64,000 nt of DNA, from assembly GCA_030390025.1 (NCBI GenBank), contig CM059432.1, forward strand, positions 60,824,001 through 60,888,000, in the 5' to 3' direction. The notes below the pieces were generated by a model. That model ran no database searches. It saw only the letters and a list, made by a program, of their open reading frames with translations, and was not told the origin of the DNA. Positions within the stretch are counted from its first letter, which is position 1, and each line of letters starts with the position of its first letter. Origin of the DNA: Squalus acanthias (lineage: Eukaryota). The position numbers and the translations under genes were made by a program. Of the stretch, positions 11,065 through 22,900 are shown piece after piece.

Positions 11065-12758
11065 ACACACGATCCTTTATCCTGCAGGCCAAGCTTGCTC
11101 ATAACAGGAAGGAGCAGCTATGCATGGGAGGAGGTCAGGCGGAGCTGCACCCCCTCACACAGCTGGAGGAGTGAGTGCACAGAATCATTGCGAGCTATGT
11201 CGTGGGCACTATGGCAGTCAGAGAGGTTGATCCCCTTGGGGACAGCAACGGTATGTTCATCACCTCTCCCTCTTCTCTCATACCATTTCCCCCTCACAAC
11301 ACAAGCCCTTCCCACTTTCCATCGAAGTATACTGTCTCCGTTCCTTGCTCCCTTCCTGCCCCCATCCCCTCACGTTAAACCCACTCTTGTGCCTTCCTGC
11401 TTTCAGATAGTGAGCCACCATCTGAACAACCTGTCCCTCAGCCTCCCAGTGGCAGCGACACGGGAGAGGATCAGGAACACCAAGCCGGAGCCTCACTGCC
11501 TGCGTCTCCCGAGGGCGACACATCAGATACTGGGACCACGCGGTCACTGGAGGGGAGCAGAGGAATTGGCTCTGATGTGGGTGAAGCTCCAGGACCCAGC
11601 GGGCTGCAGCAACGCCATGGGGAAAGGGAAGCTCGGGGGCCATCTCACAGGACTCAGATGAGGACCTTGATATCATGGCGATGAACACACAGGCGATGAG
11701 CATGCATACTGAGCTCATGGGTGCAATGGCAAGGGTGACCGAGAGCATGGATGCACTGGCTAGGAGCGTGGTGCAGTCCACCAGCACAGCTGTCATCTGT
11801 GCGCAAACCCTCGAGCCCAGCCTTGCCTCTTTGCAGAGGATGGTTGACTTGCAGGGAGACCGTGGGAACCCAGACCCCGTGCTGCGTGAAATGGATGAGG
11901 TGGCAGCATCTATTGCAGCACAGGCCGAGGCAACGCAACGGCTTAGTGCTGTAATGGAGTCAGTGGTTGGTGCCATTCAATCTCAGACTGCTCTCATGCA
12001 GTCTCAGATTGATGCCACGCAAGCGCTGACTGCTGCCATCGTAGCTGGGTTGCCTATTGTCCACCGGGGATCTCACGGTGCCGCAGGAAGCCGGCAATCT
12101 GTGCTTGAGCAGATTGCTCCGGATGCTGTGGTTCTGCCCCGGGGGTGTTGGCAGTGTGTCGGTCGTTGGAACAGTGCTGGGACACCAGTCTGGTGCAGGA
12201 TGAATGAATTGTGGCTGCTGCCAGGATAGCGGGCATTGATGGCGAGGATGCGCTGTCTGTGGTCGCACACCAACTGCACGTTCAGAGAGTGGTAGCCTTT
12301 GCGGTTGCGGAACACCTCTGCATTTTGATGAGGTGCCCGCAATGCCATGTGCGTGCAGTCAATGGCGCCCTGAACCACGGGGAAGCCCGTTATCCTTGCG
12401 AAGAATTGATTGCCGACAGGAAAAAACAAGAAGCGCACGCCTTTAAATAGCGCTCCCCCAGCTCCCAGCCGACTGCAAGCCGCCTCCTCTACCTGTCGTT
12501 CCTAGCGGCAGGCACTGAGGCAGGGGGCGAGAATTAATTTCCGGTCCGGGTCGCTACCGGGGCGTTGCGCGCTTGGATGACGTCATGATCTCCAGACGCA
12601 GAAGATCGTGGTGGTAGTGTTTAGCGCCAGCGGAAACCGTCAGTTGAATTTCGCGGGCGGCACTAAAATTGCCGCGCATGGGCAGTAAGTCATTAACGCC
12701 CCATTAGCGACTCCCGGAGGTGCTAACGGGAGGCACCAACCAACCAAATTTTTCCCCC
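11065..12758. mobile_element. Internally deleted Harbinger: Myb/SANT-like gene exons on + (11088-11250, 11407-~12130), convergent transposase fragment on -, and the right terminus
   Basis: The exon AKLAHNRKEQLCMGGGQAELHPLTQLEE* is bounded by ctgcag and gtatgt. An acidic then coiled-coil-like exon follows (ORF 11675). The terminus is AAATTTTTCCCCC at ~12746-12758. Confidence 0.78.
12165..12405 (-). pseudogene. Harbinger (HARBI1-like) DDE transposase fragment
   Basis: GFPVVQGAIDCTHMALRAP...FRNRKGYHSLNVQLVCD...ARYPGSSHNSFIL. Only the first catalytic Asp region is present. Confidence 0.9.
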
Positions 12759-13564
12759 TAGGACTTCGCAGCTGCCTGGTGACGCAATTAAATACCTCTG
12801 ACCCACATCTCATACAAGACTCATGTTGACTTAATTTCAGCAACAACTGAAAAATGGTAAGCGTAATTATGCTGAGTGGCAACATTTTTACACTGCCAGT
12901 ATCAATTTATATCCGTTTCTTCTCTGCTCCAGGGCCTTCACATGTAGAACAGCAGTCCATTGACGTTCCTGATGACGATTCCTCAGAGGACCTGATTCCT
13001 TCTGAGGATGCACCGTCCCAGGACATATTAGCAGGCACCAGTGCAGATACTCGCACTTCGGTGGGTCCTGTTAGACAGCTAGTTGGGTTTTCACCTGGTG
13101 AGTTACAGTTCACAAGTGAGCACGAGCAGATACTGATGGCAGGGACAGCTGTGGAGAGTCCATGTCGGGGCGGGGTGGGGGGGCCGCAATCCTCTCCAAG
13201 CTCTGCTCAACTGGAGACAGAAGCTGAACCCCGGGGGCAATTGATGGAAAGGAGAATCATAGAGGGACAGCAGCAAATTTGCGAAGTTTATGGCAGGCGT
13301 GCCACACACACTCTCCACAATAGCGGAGAGGATGGAGGAGTCCCACTCAAACATTGGATTGATGTCTCAGGCCATTGGGGAATGTCTACCATGGAGCGAG
13401 TGGCCGCCTCCGTGGAACTTTAATAGCGGCTATCAAACCAGTCCATGCAGGTCATGACGGCTTTGGATGCCAGCATGTGTGCCACCTTAAACAGGATGAC
13501 AGATACCTTATCCGTGGCCTTATAAGGCATCACTGATCTGCACCAAGCTCCTCCCCAGCAGAGA

Positions 13565-14018
13565 AAGAAAGACTTGAAAGACTTGCATTTCTATAGCACC
13601 TTTCACGACCACCGGTCGGCCCAAAGCACTTAAAGCCAATGAAGTACTTTGTGAAGTGGAGTCACTGTTGTAATGTGGGAAATGCGGCAGCCAATTTGCG
13701 CACAGCAAGCTCCCACAAACAGCAATGTGATAATGACCAGATAATCTGTTTTAGTGATGTTGACAAAGGGATAAATATTGGCCAGGACACCACGGATAAC
13801 TCCCCTGCTCTTCGAAATAGTGCCATGGGATCTATCTGAGAGGACAGACTTGGTTTATCGTCTCATCCAAAAAACGGCACCTCCGACAGTGCAGCACTCC
13901 CTCAGTACTGCACTGGAGTGTCAACCTAGATTTTTGTGCTCAAGTCTCGAGTGGGACTTGAACCCACAACCTTCTGAATCAGAGGCTAGAGTGCCACCCA
14001 CTGAGCCACGGCTGACAC
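13565..14018 (-). mobile_element. Full-length tRNA-derived SINE (SacSINE1/DeuSINE-like)
   Basis: The minus-strand head has an A box TGGCTCAGTGG and a B box GTTCAAGTCC. The tail is AAATGCAAGTCTT...(TCTT)n. There is a 6-bp TSD CAGAGA at 13559-13564 and 14019-14024. Confidence 0.88.
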
Positions 14019-14655
14019 CAGAGAGGTAGGAGTGACGGGCAGCTGGCCTAGGAGAGGGAGGGTGGTGAAAGGGGACATGGAAATGGGAACTCCACTCAAA
14101 GCGCTCCAACGTCTCACCTGTTGTCCCGCCCCCAGCCACTACCCAAAATGCTGCCTCGTCTCCCGATGGCCGAGTCTGCCCCTGCACAGGTGCAGGTGGA
14201 GCGGTCTTTGGCAGGGCCCTCATGGGCTCCAACACCCAGAGGTCATAGGCCAAGAGCATCTCAGCAATTAGAACAGGGACCTGAGTAGCCTACCTCTACC
14301 TCTGCTGAAGCCACAGTGGTTGCACCATGTAGGAGTGGCAAGGAAAGGAAGAGAAAAACATTGTAATACACCAAGGGTATGTACATGGGTGTTTGTGAAA
14401 ATGTTATGTTATTAAGTTTCCTTTTGTTACAACCTCACATAAAATTTATTAATTTGCACCACTTCCCCATGTTGCCCATTCTTGGTTGCCGGGTGTCAAC
14501 TCGCTTTTTCAGTTGCTTGGTGATGAATGTGCAGATATGAATTGGCGGGACCAATTGGGGGATGTGCAATGGGTGTGTGGTTGGTTACAGAACTGCTTTT
14601 TGTGAGGAGGGAGGGGTGTGGGCATGTGATAGTTACATTGGGCCAATGTGAGTGA

Positions 14656-15250
14656 CTAACTGAACCTTCGAGCTATTAGGATATCCCTGACATCCTGAGC
14701 AGCAATATGAACAGCTGGTTGGGTGCCCCATCTTCATCTTCCTCCTCCTCATATTTGTCCTTCTCCTCCTCCTCTTCATTGGAGTTGTTATCAGATGATG
14801 AGTGATGAGCACCTTGTTGCTCCTCCATCTCTAATCCTCATGGCTGCGCAACGTTATGCAGAACTCAGCACACCACGATCATTCTGGAGACCCTCGCTGG
14901 CGAGTGTTGAAGGGCACCTCCAGATCTGTCCAGGCACCTGAAGCGCATCTTGAGCATACCAATGGCTTGCTCGATGCCACATCTGGTGGTCATATGGCTT
15001 TCATTGTACCACTCTTGGGCTTCCCTGGTGGGGTTCATCAGCCAGGTTTGAAGGGGATATCCTTTCTCATGTAGCAGCCACCCCTTAAGGCTGTTTTCAG
15101 ATATGAAGAGGTCGTGGATGCTGGACTGCCACAGGATGAAAGCATCATGGCAGCTCCCAGGGATGAACCTTTTCTTGTGGTTGTACAGCAGCTGCACACT
15201 GATGGAATGAAATCCCTTGTGGTTGACGAATACTCCTGGTTGATCATAAT
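14656..15250 (-). pseudogene. Harbinger (HARBI1-like) DDE transposase, C-terminal half
   Basis: VNHKGFHSISVQ, PGSCHDAFIL, WLLHEKGYPL (the canonical GD.GY is mutated), IEQAIGMLKMRFRCLD, VVC*VLHN and an acidic tail. Confidence 0.9.
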
Positions 15251-15299
15251 AGAACACCGATTCCACCACTACCCAATTACCATCATCACTGTTTATATA

Positions 15300-15700
15300 C
15301 ATCAAAAAGAAACAATGTAAACATGACACAACCAGTAGCACATATAAATATTAAATTATTCACCCTGATGCTTACCCTTAGTGGCTATCTATAAGTGCTC
15401 TTGTGTAAGCTAGTGCTTCTATGAAGTGCAACCCCAGTGGCAGCAGCAGGCAGAGGGCAGTTCAGATGTCCTCCTGGGACACCCTCGCGAGGCTGTGGGC
15501 CGTGATGGCCCCACCTCAAACTGCACCATCTCAGCATGGGCTTCAGCAATCTGGGCTGCCTGGCTGACAGGCAACGGCAAGGGAAATAGTGCAGTGGCGA
15601 GGGAGGGAGCAGAGATGCTGGCATCTGGAGAGGGACCAGTAGGGTCCTGCTCCATGATTCCCACGCCACTACCTTGGGACCTCTTTTCAGACTGCCCGCT
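15300..15700 (-). mobile_element. 3' end of another Harbinger Myb-gene remnant
   Basis: A Pro/Ser/Arg-rich end (EVGPSRPTASRGCPRRTS) resembles the + strand 14200-14350 segment (AGPSWAPTPRGHRPRAS). Confidence 0.45.
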
Positions 15701-15721
15701 GATCTGGTCGAGGATAAATTT

Positions 15722-16511
15722 TTAAAAATTAATTCATGGGATGTGGGCATCGCTGGCAAAGCCAGCATTTATTGCCCATTTCTAATTGCCCTTGAGAAGG
15801 TGGTGGTGTGCCACCTTCTTGAACCATTGCAGTCCGTGAGGTGAAGGTACTCCCACAGTGCTGTTAGGGAGGGAGTTGCAGGATTTTGACCCAGCAATGA
15901 TGAAGGAACGGTGATATATTTCCAAGTCAGGATGGTGTGACTTGGAAGGGAACTTGGAGGTGGTGGTGTTCCTATGCGCCTGCAGCCCTTACCCTTCATT
16001 AACATATTGTAGTAGAAGTTGCTGTCGAAGAAGCCTTGGCGAGTTGCTGCAGTGCATCTTGTAGATGGTACACACTGCAGACACGGTGCACCGGTGGTGG
16101 AGGGAGTGAATGTTTAAAGTGGTGGATAGGGTGCCAATCAAGCGGCTGCTTTGTCCTGGATGGTTCGAGCTTCTTGATTGTTGTTGGAGCTGCACTCGCC
16201 CAGGCAGGTGGAGAGTATTCAATCACACTCCTGACTTGTGCCTTGTAGATGATGGAAAGGCTTTGGGGAGTCAGGAGGTGAGTCACTCGCCGCAGAACAC
16301 CCAGCCTCTGACCTGCTCTTGTAGCCGATGTATTTATGTGGCTGGTCCAGTTTCTGGTCAATGGTGGCCCCCAGGATATTGATGGTGGGGAATTCGACAA
16401 TGGTAATCCCATTGAATGTCAAGGTGGGGTGGTTAGACTTTCTCTTGTTGGAGATGGTTATTGTCTGGCATTGTGTGGCGCGAATGTTACTTGCCACTTA
16501 TCAGCCCAAGC
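15722..16511 (-). mobile_element. 5'-truncated CR1/L2-group LINE (RT C-terminus and 3' UTR)
   Basis: Frameshifted CQTITISNKR..PLTFNGITI..INILGATIDQKL / WTSHINT.ATRAGQRLGVLRR..IYKAQVRSVIEYS, followed by a 3' UTR ending near 15722. Confidence 0.85.
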
Positions 16512-16925
16512 TTCTTTACAGATGCACAACTACTCCTGATCCCTAATCCCTCAAAGCTATCCTCACTCTCAGGCACCCTATGGTCTCATCACACACATAC
16601 TCCTATAGCAGCCACACGTGCTGCACCCTAATTCTTACAGCGTTATCATTGCAGACTTCCAGGAGCAAGATCCACCTTGACCCTGCAGCAAGTGCAAGAT
16701 GAGCAGCAGCCACCTCGCACACACCCCTCTATCCCCCGGAGGAGGAGGAGAGCGAGGAAGGAAGCACTGCGTCACTGGCTACCACTGTCGCAAGCAGCAG
16801 CTCAGAGAGCAGCACCACGTCTAACTTAGAGACTCGGTTAGAAAAGAGATCCTCACAGTGCGACGGACCGAGCACGAGCGGGCAGCAGCCACTCAGGGTG
16901 GAAGGGATACCATAGCTGCCACACA
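16512..16925 (+). mobile_element. Harbinger Myb-gene intron/exon remnant
   Basis: A C/A-rich intron-like tract ends at ttgcag and is followed by an acidic, Ser/Thr-rich frame (EEEESEEGSTASLATTVASSSSES), like the other Harbinger exons here. Confidence 0.45.
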
Positions 16926-19900
16926 TTCCAGACAAACTGTTGGGTGTGTTTTATCCTCCAAGAGGACCAATCAGAAATCTGACCATCTTTCATGACACGA
17001 GGAGTGTTTTTGATTATTGGACACGAGGAGTGTTTTTCATTATTGGACACGAGGAGTGTTTTTCATTACTGGACACGAGGAGTGTTTTTAATTATGGGAC
17101 ACGAGGAATGTTTTTCATCATTGGACACGAGGAGTGTTTTTCATTACTGGACACGAGGTGTGTTTTTCATTACTGGACACGAGGAGTGTTTTTAATTATG
17201 GGACACGAGGAATGTTTTTCATCATTGGACACGAGGAGTGTTTTTGATTATTGGACACGAAGAGTGTTTTTCATTATTGGACACGAGGAGTGTTTTTCAT
17301 TATTGGACACGAGGAGTGTTTTTCATTACTGGACACGAGGAGTGTTTTTGATTATTGGACACGAGGAGTGTTTTTGATTATTGGACACGAGGAGTGTTTT
17401 TCATTACTGGACACGAGGAGTGTTTTTAATTATGGAACACGAGGAATGTTTTTCATCATTGGACACGAGGAGTGTTTTTCATTACTGGACACGAGGAGTG
17501 TTTTTCATTATTGGACACGACGAGTGTTGTCCATTATTGGACACGAGGAGTGTTTTTCATTACTGGACACGAGGAGTTTTTTTCATTACTGGACACGAGG
17601 AGTGTTTTTGATTATTAGACACGAGGAGTGTTTTTGATTATTGGACACGAGGAGTGTTTTTCATTACTGGACACGAGGAGTGTTTTTGATTATTGGACAT
17701 GAGGAGTGTTTTTCATTATTGGACACGAGGAGTGTTTTTCATTATTGGACACGAGGAGTGTTTTTAATTATGGGACACGAGGAATGTTTTTCATCATTGG
17801 ACACGAGGAGTGTTTTTCATTATTGGACACGAGGAGTGTTTTTCATTATTGGACACGAGGAGTGTTTTTCATTATTGGACACGTGGAGTGTGTTTCATTA
17901 CTAGACACGAGGAGTGTTTTTGATTATTGGACACGAGGAGTGTTTTTGATTATTGGACACGAGGAGTGTTTTTCATTATTGGACACGAGGAGTGTTTTTG
18001 ATTATTGGACACGAGGAGTGTTTTTCATTATTGGACACGAGCAGTGTTTTTCATTATTGGACACGAGGAGTGTTTTCATTACTAGACATGAGGAGTGTTT
18101 TTGATTATTGGACACGAGGAGTGTTTTTGATTATTGGACACGAGGAGTGTTTTTGATTATTGGACATGAGGAGTGTTTTTCATTATTGGACACGAGGAGT
18201 GTTTTTCATTATTGGACACGAGGAGTGTTTTTCATTACTGGACACAAGGAGTGCTTTTCATTACTAGACATGAGGAGTGTTTTTGATTATTGGACACGTG
18301 GAGTGTTTTTCATTATTGGACACGAGGAGCGTTTTTTATTCCTGGACACGTGGAGTGTTTTTAATTACTAGACATGAGGAGTGTTTTTCATTACTGGACA
18401 CGAGGAGTGTTTTTCATTACTAGACATGAGGAGTGTTTTTCATTATTGGACACGAGGAGTGTTTTTCATTACTGGACACGAGGAGTGTTTTTCATTACTA
18501 GACATGAGGAGTGTTTTTGATTATTGGACACGAGGAGTGTTTTTTATTACTAGACATGAGGAGTGTTTTTGATTATTGGACACGAGGAGTGTTTGTCATT
18601 ACTAGACATGAGGAGTGTTTTTCATCACTGGACATGAGGAGTGTTTTTCAGTATTGGACATGAGGAGTGTTCTTCATCACTAGACATGAGGAGTGTTTTT
18701 GATTATTGGACACGAGGAGTGTTTTTCATTACGAGACACGAGGAATGTTTTTCATTATTGGACACGAGGAGTGTTTTTCATTATTGGACATGAGGAGCGT
18801 TTTTCATTACTGGACACGAGGAGTGTTTTTCATTATTGGACACGAGGAGTGATTTTCATTTCTGGACACGTGGAGGGTTTTTCATTATTGGATACGAGGA
18901 GCGTTTTTTATTCCTGGACACGAGGAGTGTTTTTGATTCTTGGACACGAGGAGTGATTTTCATTTCTGGACACGTGGAGGGTTTTTCATTATTGGATACG
19001 AGGAGCGTTTTTTATTCCTGGACACGAGGAGTGTTTTCTATTATTAGACACGAGGAGTGTTTTTCATTTCTGGACACGAGGAGTGTTTTTGATTATTGGA
19101 CACGAGGAGTGATTTTCATTTCTGGACACGAGTAATGTTTTTGATTATTGGACACGAGGAGTGTTTTTGATTATTGGACACGAGGAGTGTTTTTGATTAT
19201 TGGACACGAGGAGTGTTTTTGATTATTGGACACGAGGAGTGTTTTTCATTATTGGACACGAGGAGTGTTTTTCATTATTGTACACGAGGAGTGTTTTTCA
19301 TTATTGGACACGAGGAGTGTTTTTTATTACTGGACACGAGGAGTGTTTTTGATTATTGGACACGAGGAGTGTTTTCATTACTCGACATGAGGAGTGTTTT
19401 TGATTATTGGACACGAGGAGTGTTTTTGATTATTGGACACGAGGAGTGTTTTTCATTATTGGACACGAGGAGTGTTTTTTATTATTGGACACGAGGAGTG
19501 TTTTTCAGTATTGGACATGAGCAGTGTTTTTGATTGTTGGACACGAGGAGTGTTTTTGATTATTGGACACGAGGAGTGTTTTTCATTACTGGACATGAGG
19601 AGTGTTTTTCATTATTGGACACGAGGAGTGTTTTTGATTATTGGACATGAGGAGTGTTTTTCATTATTGGACATGAGGAGTGTTTTTGATTATTGGACAC
19701 GAGGAGTGTTTTTCATTACTGGACATGAGGAGTGTTGTTCATTATTGGACACGAGGAGTGTTTTTGATTATTGGACATGAGGAGTGCTTTTCATTATTGG
19801 ACATGAGGAGTGTTTTTCATTATTGGACACGAGGAGTGTTTTTGATTATTGGACACGAGGAGTGTTTTTCATTACTAGACATGAGGAGTGTTTTTGATTA

Positions 19901-22900
19901 CTGGACATGAGGAGTGTTTTTGATTATTGGACATGAGGAGTGTTTTTCATTATTGGACATGAGGAATGTTGTTCATTACTGGACATGAGGAGTGTTTTTC
20001 ATTACTGGACATGAGGAGTGTTTTTCATTATTGGACACGAGGAGTGTTTTTGATTATTGGACACGAGGAGTGTTTTTCATTACTAGACATGAGGAGTGTT
20101 TTTGATTACTGGACATGAGGAGTGTTTTTGATTATTGGACATGAGGAGTGTTTTTCATTATTGGACATGAGGAATGTTGTTCATTACTGGACATGAGGAG
20201 TGTTTTTCATTATTGGACACGAGGAGTGTTTTTCATTACTGGACATGAGGAGTGTTTTTCATTATTGGACACGAGGAGTGTTTTTGATTATTGGACATGA
20301 GGAGTGTTTTTGATTATTGGACACGAGGAGTGTTTTTCATTATTGGACACGAGGAGTGTTTTTCATTACTAGACATGAGGAGTGTTTTTGATTATTGGAC
20401 ACGAGGAGTGTTTTTGATTATTGGACACGAGGAGTGTTTTTCATTATTGGACACGAGGAGTGTTTTTCATTATTGGACACGAGGAGTGTTTTTCATTACT
20501 GGACACGAGGAGTGTTTTTGATTATTGGACACGAGGAGTGTTTTTCATTACTGGACACGAGGAGTGTTTTTGATTATTGGACAGGAGGAGTGTTTTTCAT
20601 TATTGGACACGAGGAGTGTTTTTCATTATTGGACACGAGGAGTGTTTTTGATTATTGGACAGGAGGAGTGTTTTTCATTATTGGACACGAGGAGTGTTTT
20701 TCATTATTGGACACGAGGAGTGTTTTTCATTATTGGACACGAGGAGTGTTTTTCATTACTAGACATGAGGAGTATTTTTGATTATTGGACACGAGGATTG
20801 CTTTTCATTACTAGACATGAGGAGTGTTTTTCAGTATTGGACATGAGGAGTGTTCTTCATCACTAGACATGAGGAGTGTTTTTGATTATTGGACACGAGG
20901 AGTGTTTTTCATTACGAGACACGAGGAATGTTTTTCATTATTGGACACGAGGAGTGTTTTTCATTATTGGACATGAGGAGCGTTTTTCATTACTGGACAC
21001 GAGGAGTGTTTTTCATTATTGGACACGAGGAGTGATTTTCATTTCTGGACACGTGGAGGGTTTTTCATTATTGGATACGAGGAGCGTTTTTTATTCCTGG
21101 ACACGAGGAGTGTTTTTGATTATTGGACACGAGGAGTGTTTTTCATTTCTGGACACGAGTAATGTTTTTGATTATTGGACACGAGGAGTGTTTTTGATTA
21201 TTGGACACGAGGAGTGTTTTTGATTATTGGACACGAGGAGTGTTTTTCATTATTGGACACGAGGAGTGTTTTTGATTATTGGACACGAGGAGTGTTTTTC
21301 ATTATTGGACACGAGGAGTGTTTTTCATTATTGTACACGAGGAGTGTTTTTCATTATTGGACACGAGGAGTGTTTTTCATTACTGGACACGAGGAGTGTT
21401 TTTGATTATTGGACACGAGGAGTGTTTTCATTACTCGACATGAGGAGTGTTTTTGATTATTGGACACGAGGAGTGTTTTTGATTATTGGACACGAGGAGT
21501 GTTTTTCATTATTGGACACGAGGAGTGTTTTTTATTAATGGACACGAGGAGTGTTTTTCAGTATTGGACATGAGCAGTGTTTTTGATTGTTGGACACGAG
21601 GATTGTTTTTGATTATTGGACACGAGGAGTGTTTTTCATTACTGGACATGAGGAGTGTTTTTCATTATTGGACACGAGGAGTGTTTTTGATTATTGGACA
21701 TGAGGAGTGTTTTTCATTATTGGACATGAGGAATGTTGTTCATTATTGGACACGAGGAGTGTTTTTCATTATTGGACACGAGGAGTGTTTTTCATTACTG
21801 GACATGAGGAGTGTTTTTCATTATTGGACACGAGGAGTGTTTTTGATTATTGGACATGAGGAGTGTTTTTGATTATTGGACACGAGGAGTGTTTTTCATT
21901 ATTGGACACGAGGAGTGTTTTTCATTACTGGACATGAGGAGTGTTTTTCATTATTGGACACGAGGAGTGTTTTTGATTATTGGACATGAGGAGTGTTTTT
22001 CATTATTGGACATGAGGAATGTTGTTCATTATTGGACACGAGGAGTGTTTTTCATTATTGGACACGAGGAGTGTTTTTCATTACTGGACATGAGGAGTGT
22101 TTTTCATTATTGGACACGAGGAGTGTTTTTGATTATTGGACATGAGGAGTGTTTTTGATTATTGGACACGAGGTGTGTTTTTCATTATTGGACACGAGGA
22201 GTGTTTTTCATTACTAGACATGAGGAGTGTTTTTGATTATTGGACACGAGGAGTGTTTTTGATTATTGGACACGAGGAGCGTTTTTCATTATTGGACACG
22301 AGGAGTGTTTTTCATTATTGGACACGAGGAGTGTTTTTCATTATTGGACACGAGGAGTGTTTTTGATTATTGGACACGAGGAGTGTTTTTCATTACTGGA
22401 CACGAGGAGTGTTTTTCATTATTGGACACGAGGAGTGTTTTTGATTATTGGACAGGAGGAGTGTTTTTCATTATTGGACACGAGGAGTGTTTTTCATTAT
22501 TGGACACGAGGAGCGTTTTTCATTACTGGACACGAGGAGTGTTTTTCATTACTAGACATGAGGAGTATTTTTGATTATTGGTCACGTGGAGTGTTTTTCA
22601 TTACTAGACATGAGGAGTGTTTTTCATTACTGGACACGAGGAGTGTTTTTCATTACTAGACATGAGGAGTGTTTTTGATTATTGGACACGAGGAGTGTTT
22701 TTCATTACTAGACATGAGGAGTGTTTTTGATTATTGGACACGAGGAGTGTTTTTGATTATTGGACACGAGGAGTGTTTTTGATTATTGGACACGAGGAGT
22801 GTTTTTCATTTCTGGACACGAGGAATGTTTTTGATTATTGGACACGAGGAGTGTTTTTGATTATTGGACACGAGGAGTGTTTTTGATTATTGGACACGAG

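Larger units (their letters stand above)
12760..15255. mobile_element. Second decayed Harbinger: low-complexity Myb-gene 3' exon on + (from ~12932) and transposase C-terminal half on -, interrupted by a SINE
   Basis: Same convergent layout as the neighbouring element. ORF 12854-13423 is acidic and then coiled-coil-like. Boundaries are approximate. Confidence 0.65.

Noticed and set aside
4718..11250. Exon at 4718-4872 splicing to the exon at 11088 as one Harbinger gene
   Set aside because: The phase is compatible, but the putative termini (GGGACCCGATAAT vs rc GGGGGAAAAATTT) do not match and both exons are damaged, so they are probably separate elements.
13945..14018. tRNA gene
   Set aside because: The A and B boxes belong to a SINE head that continues into a SINE body and tail, flanked by a TSD.
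12073..15341. Host HARBI1 gene or a domesticated Myb/SANT gene
   Set aside because: The pieces are partial and contain stops, deletions and a mutated catalytic motif. They lie within TE-like termini and have a SINE insertion.
5053..17100. Common origin of the three tandem units (shared GGACAC/AGGAG/CTGGA words)
   Set aside because: Only 5-6-nt words are shared and there is no colinear alignment, so chance is a sufficient explanation.
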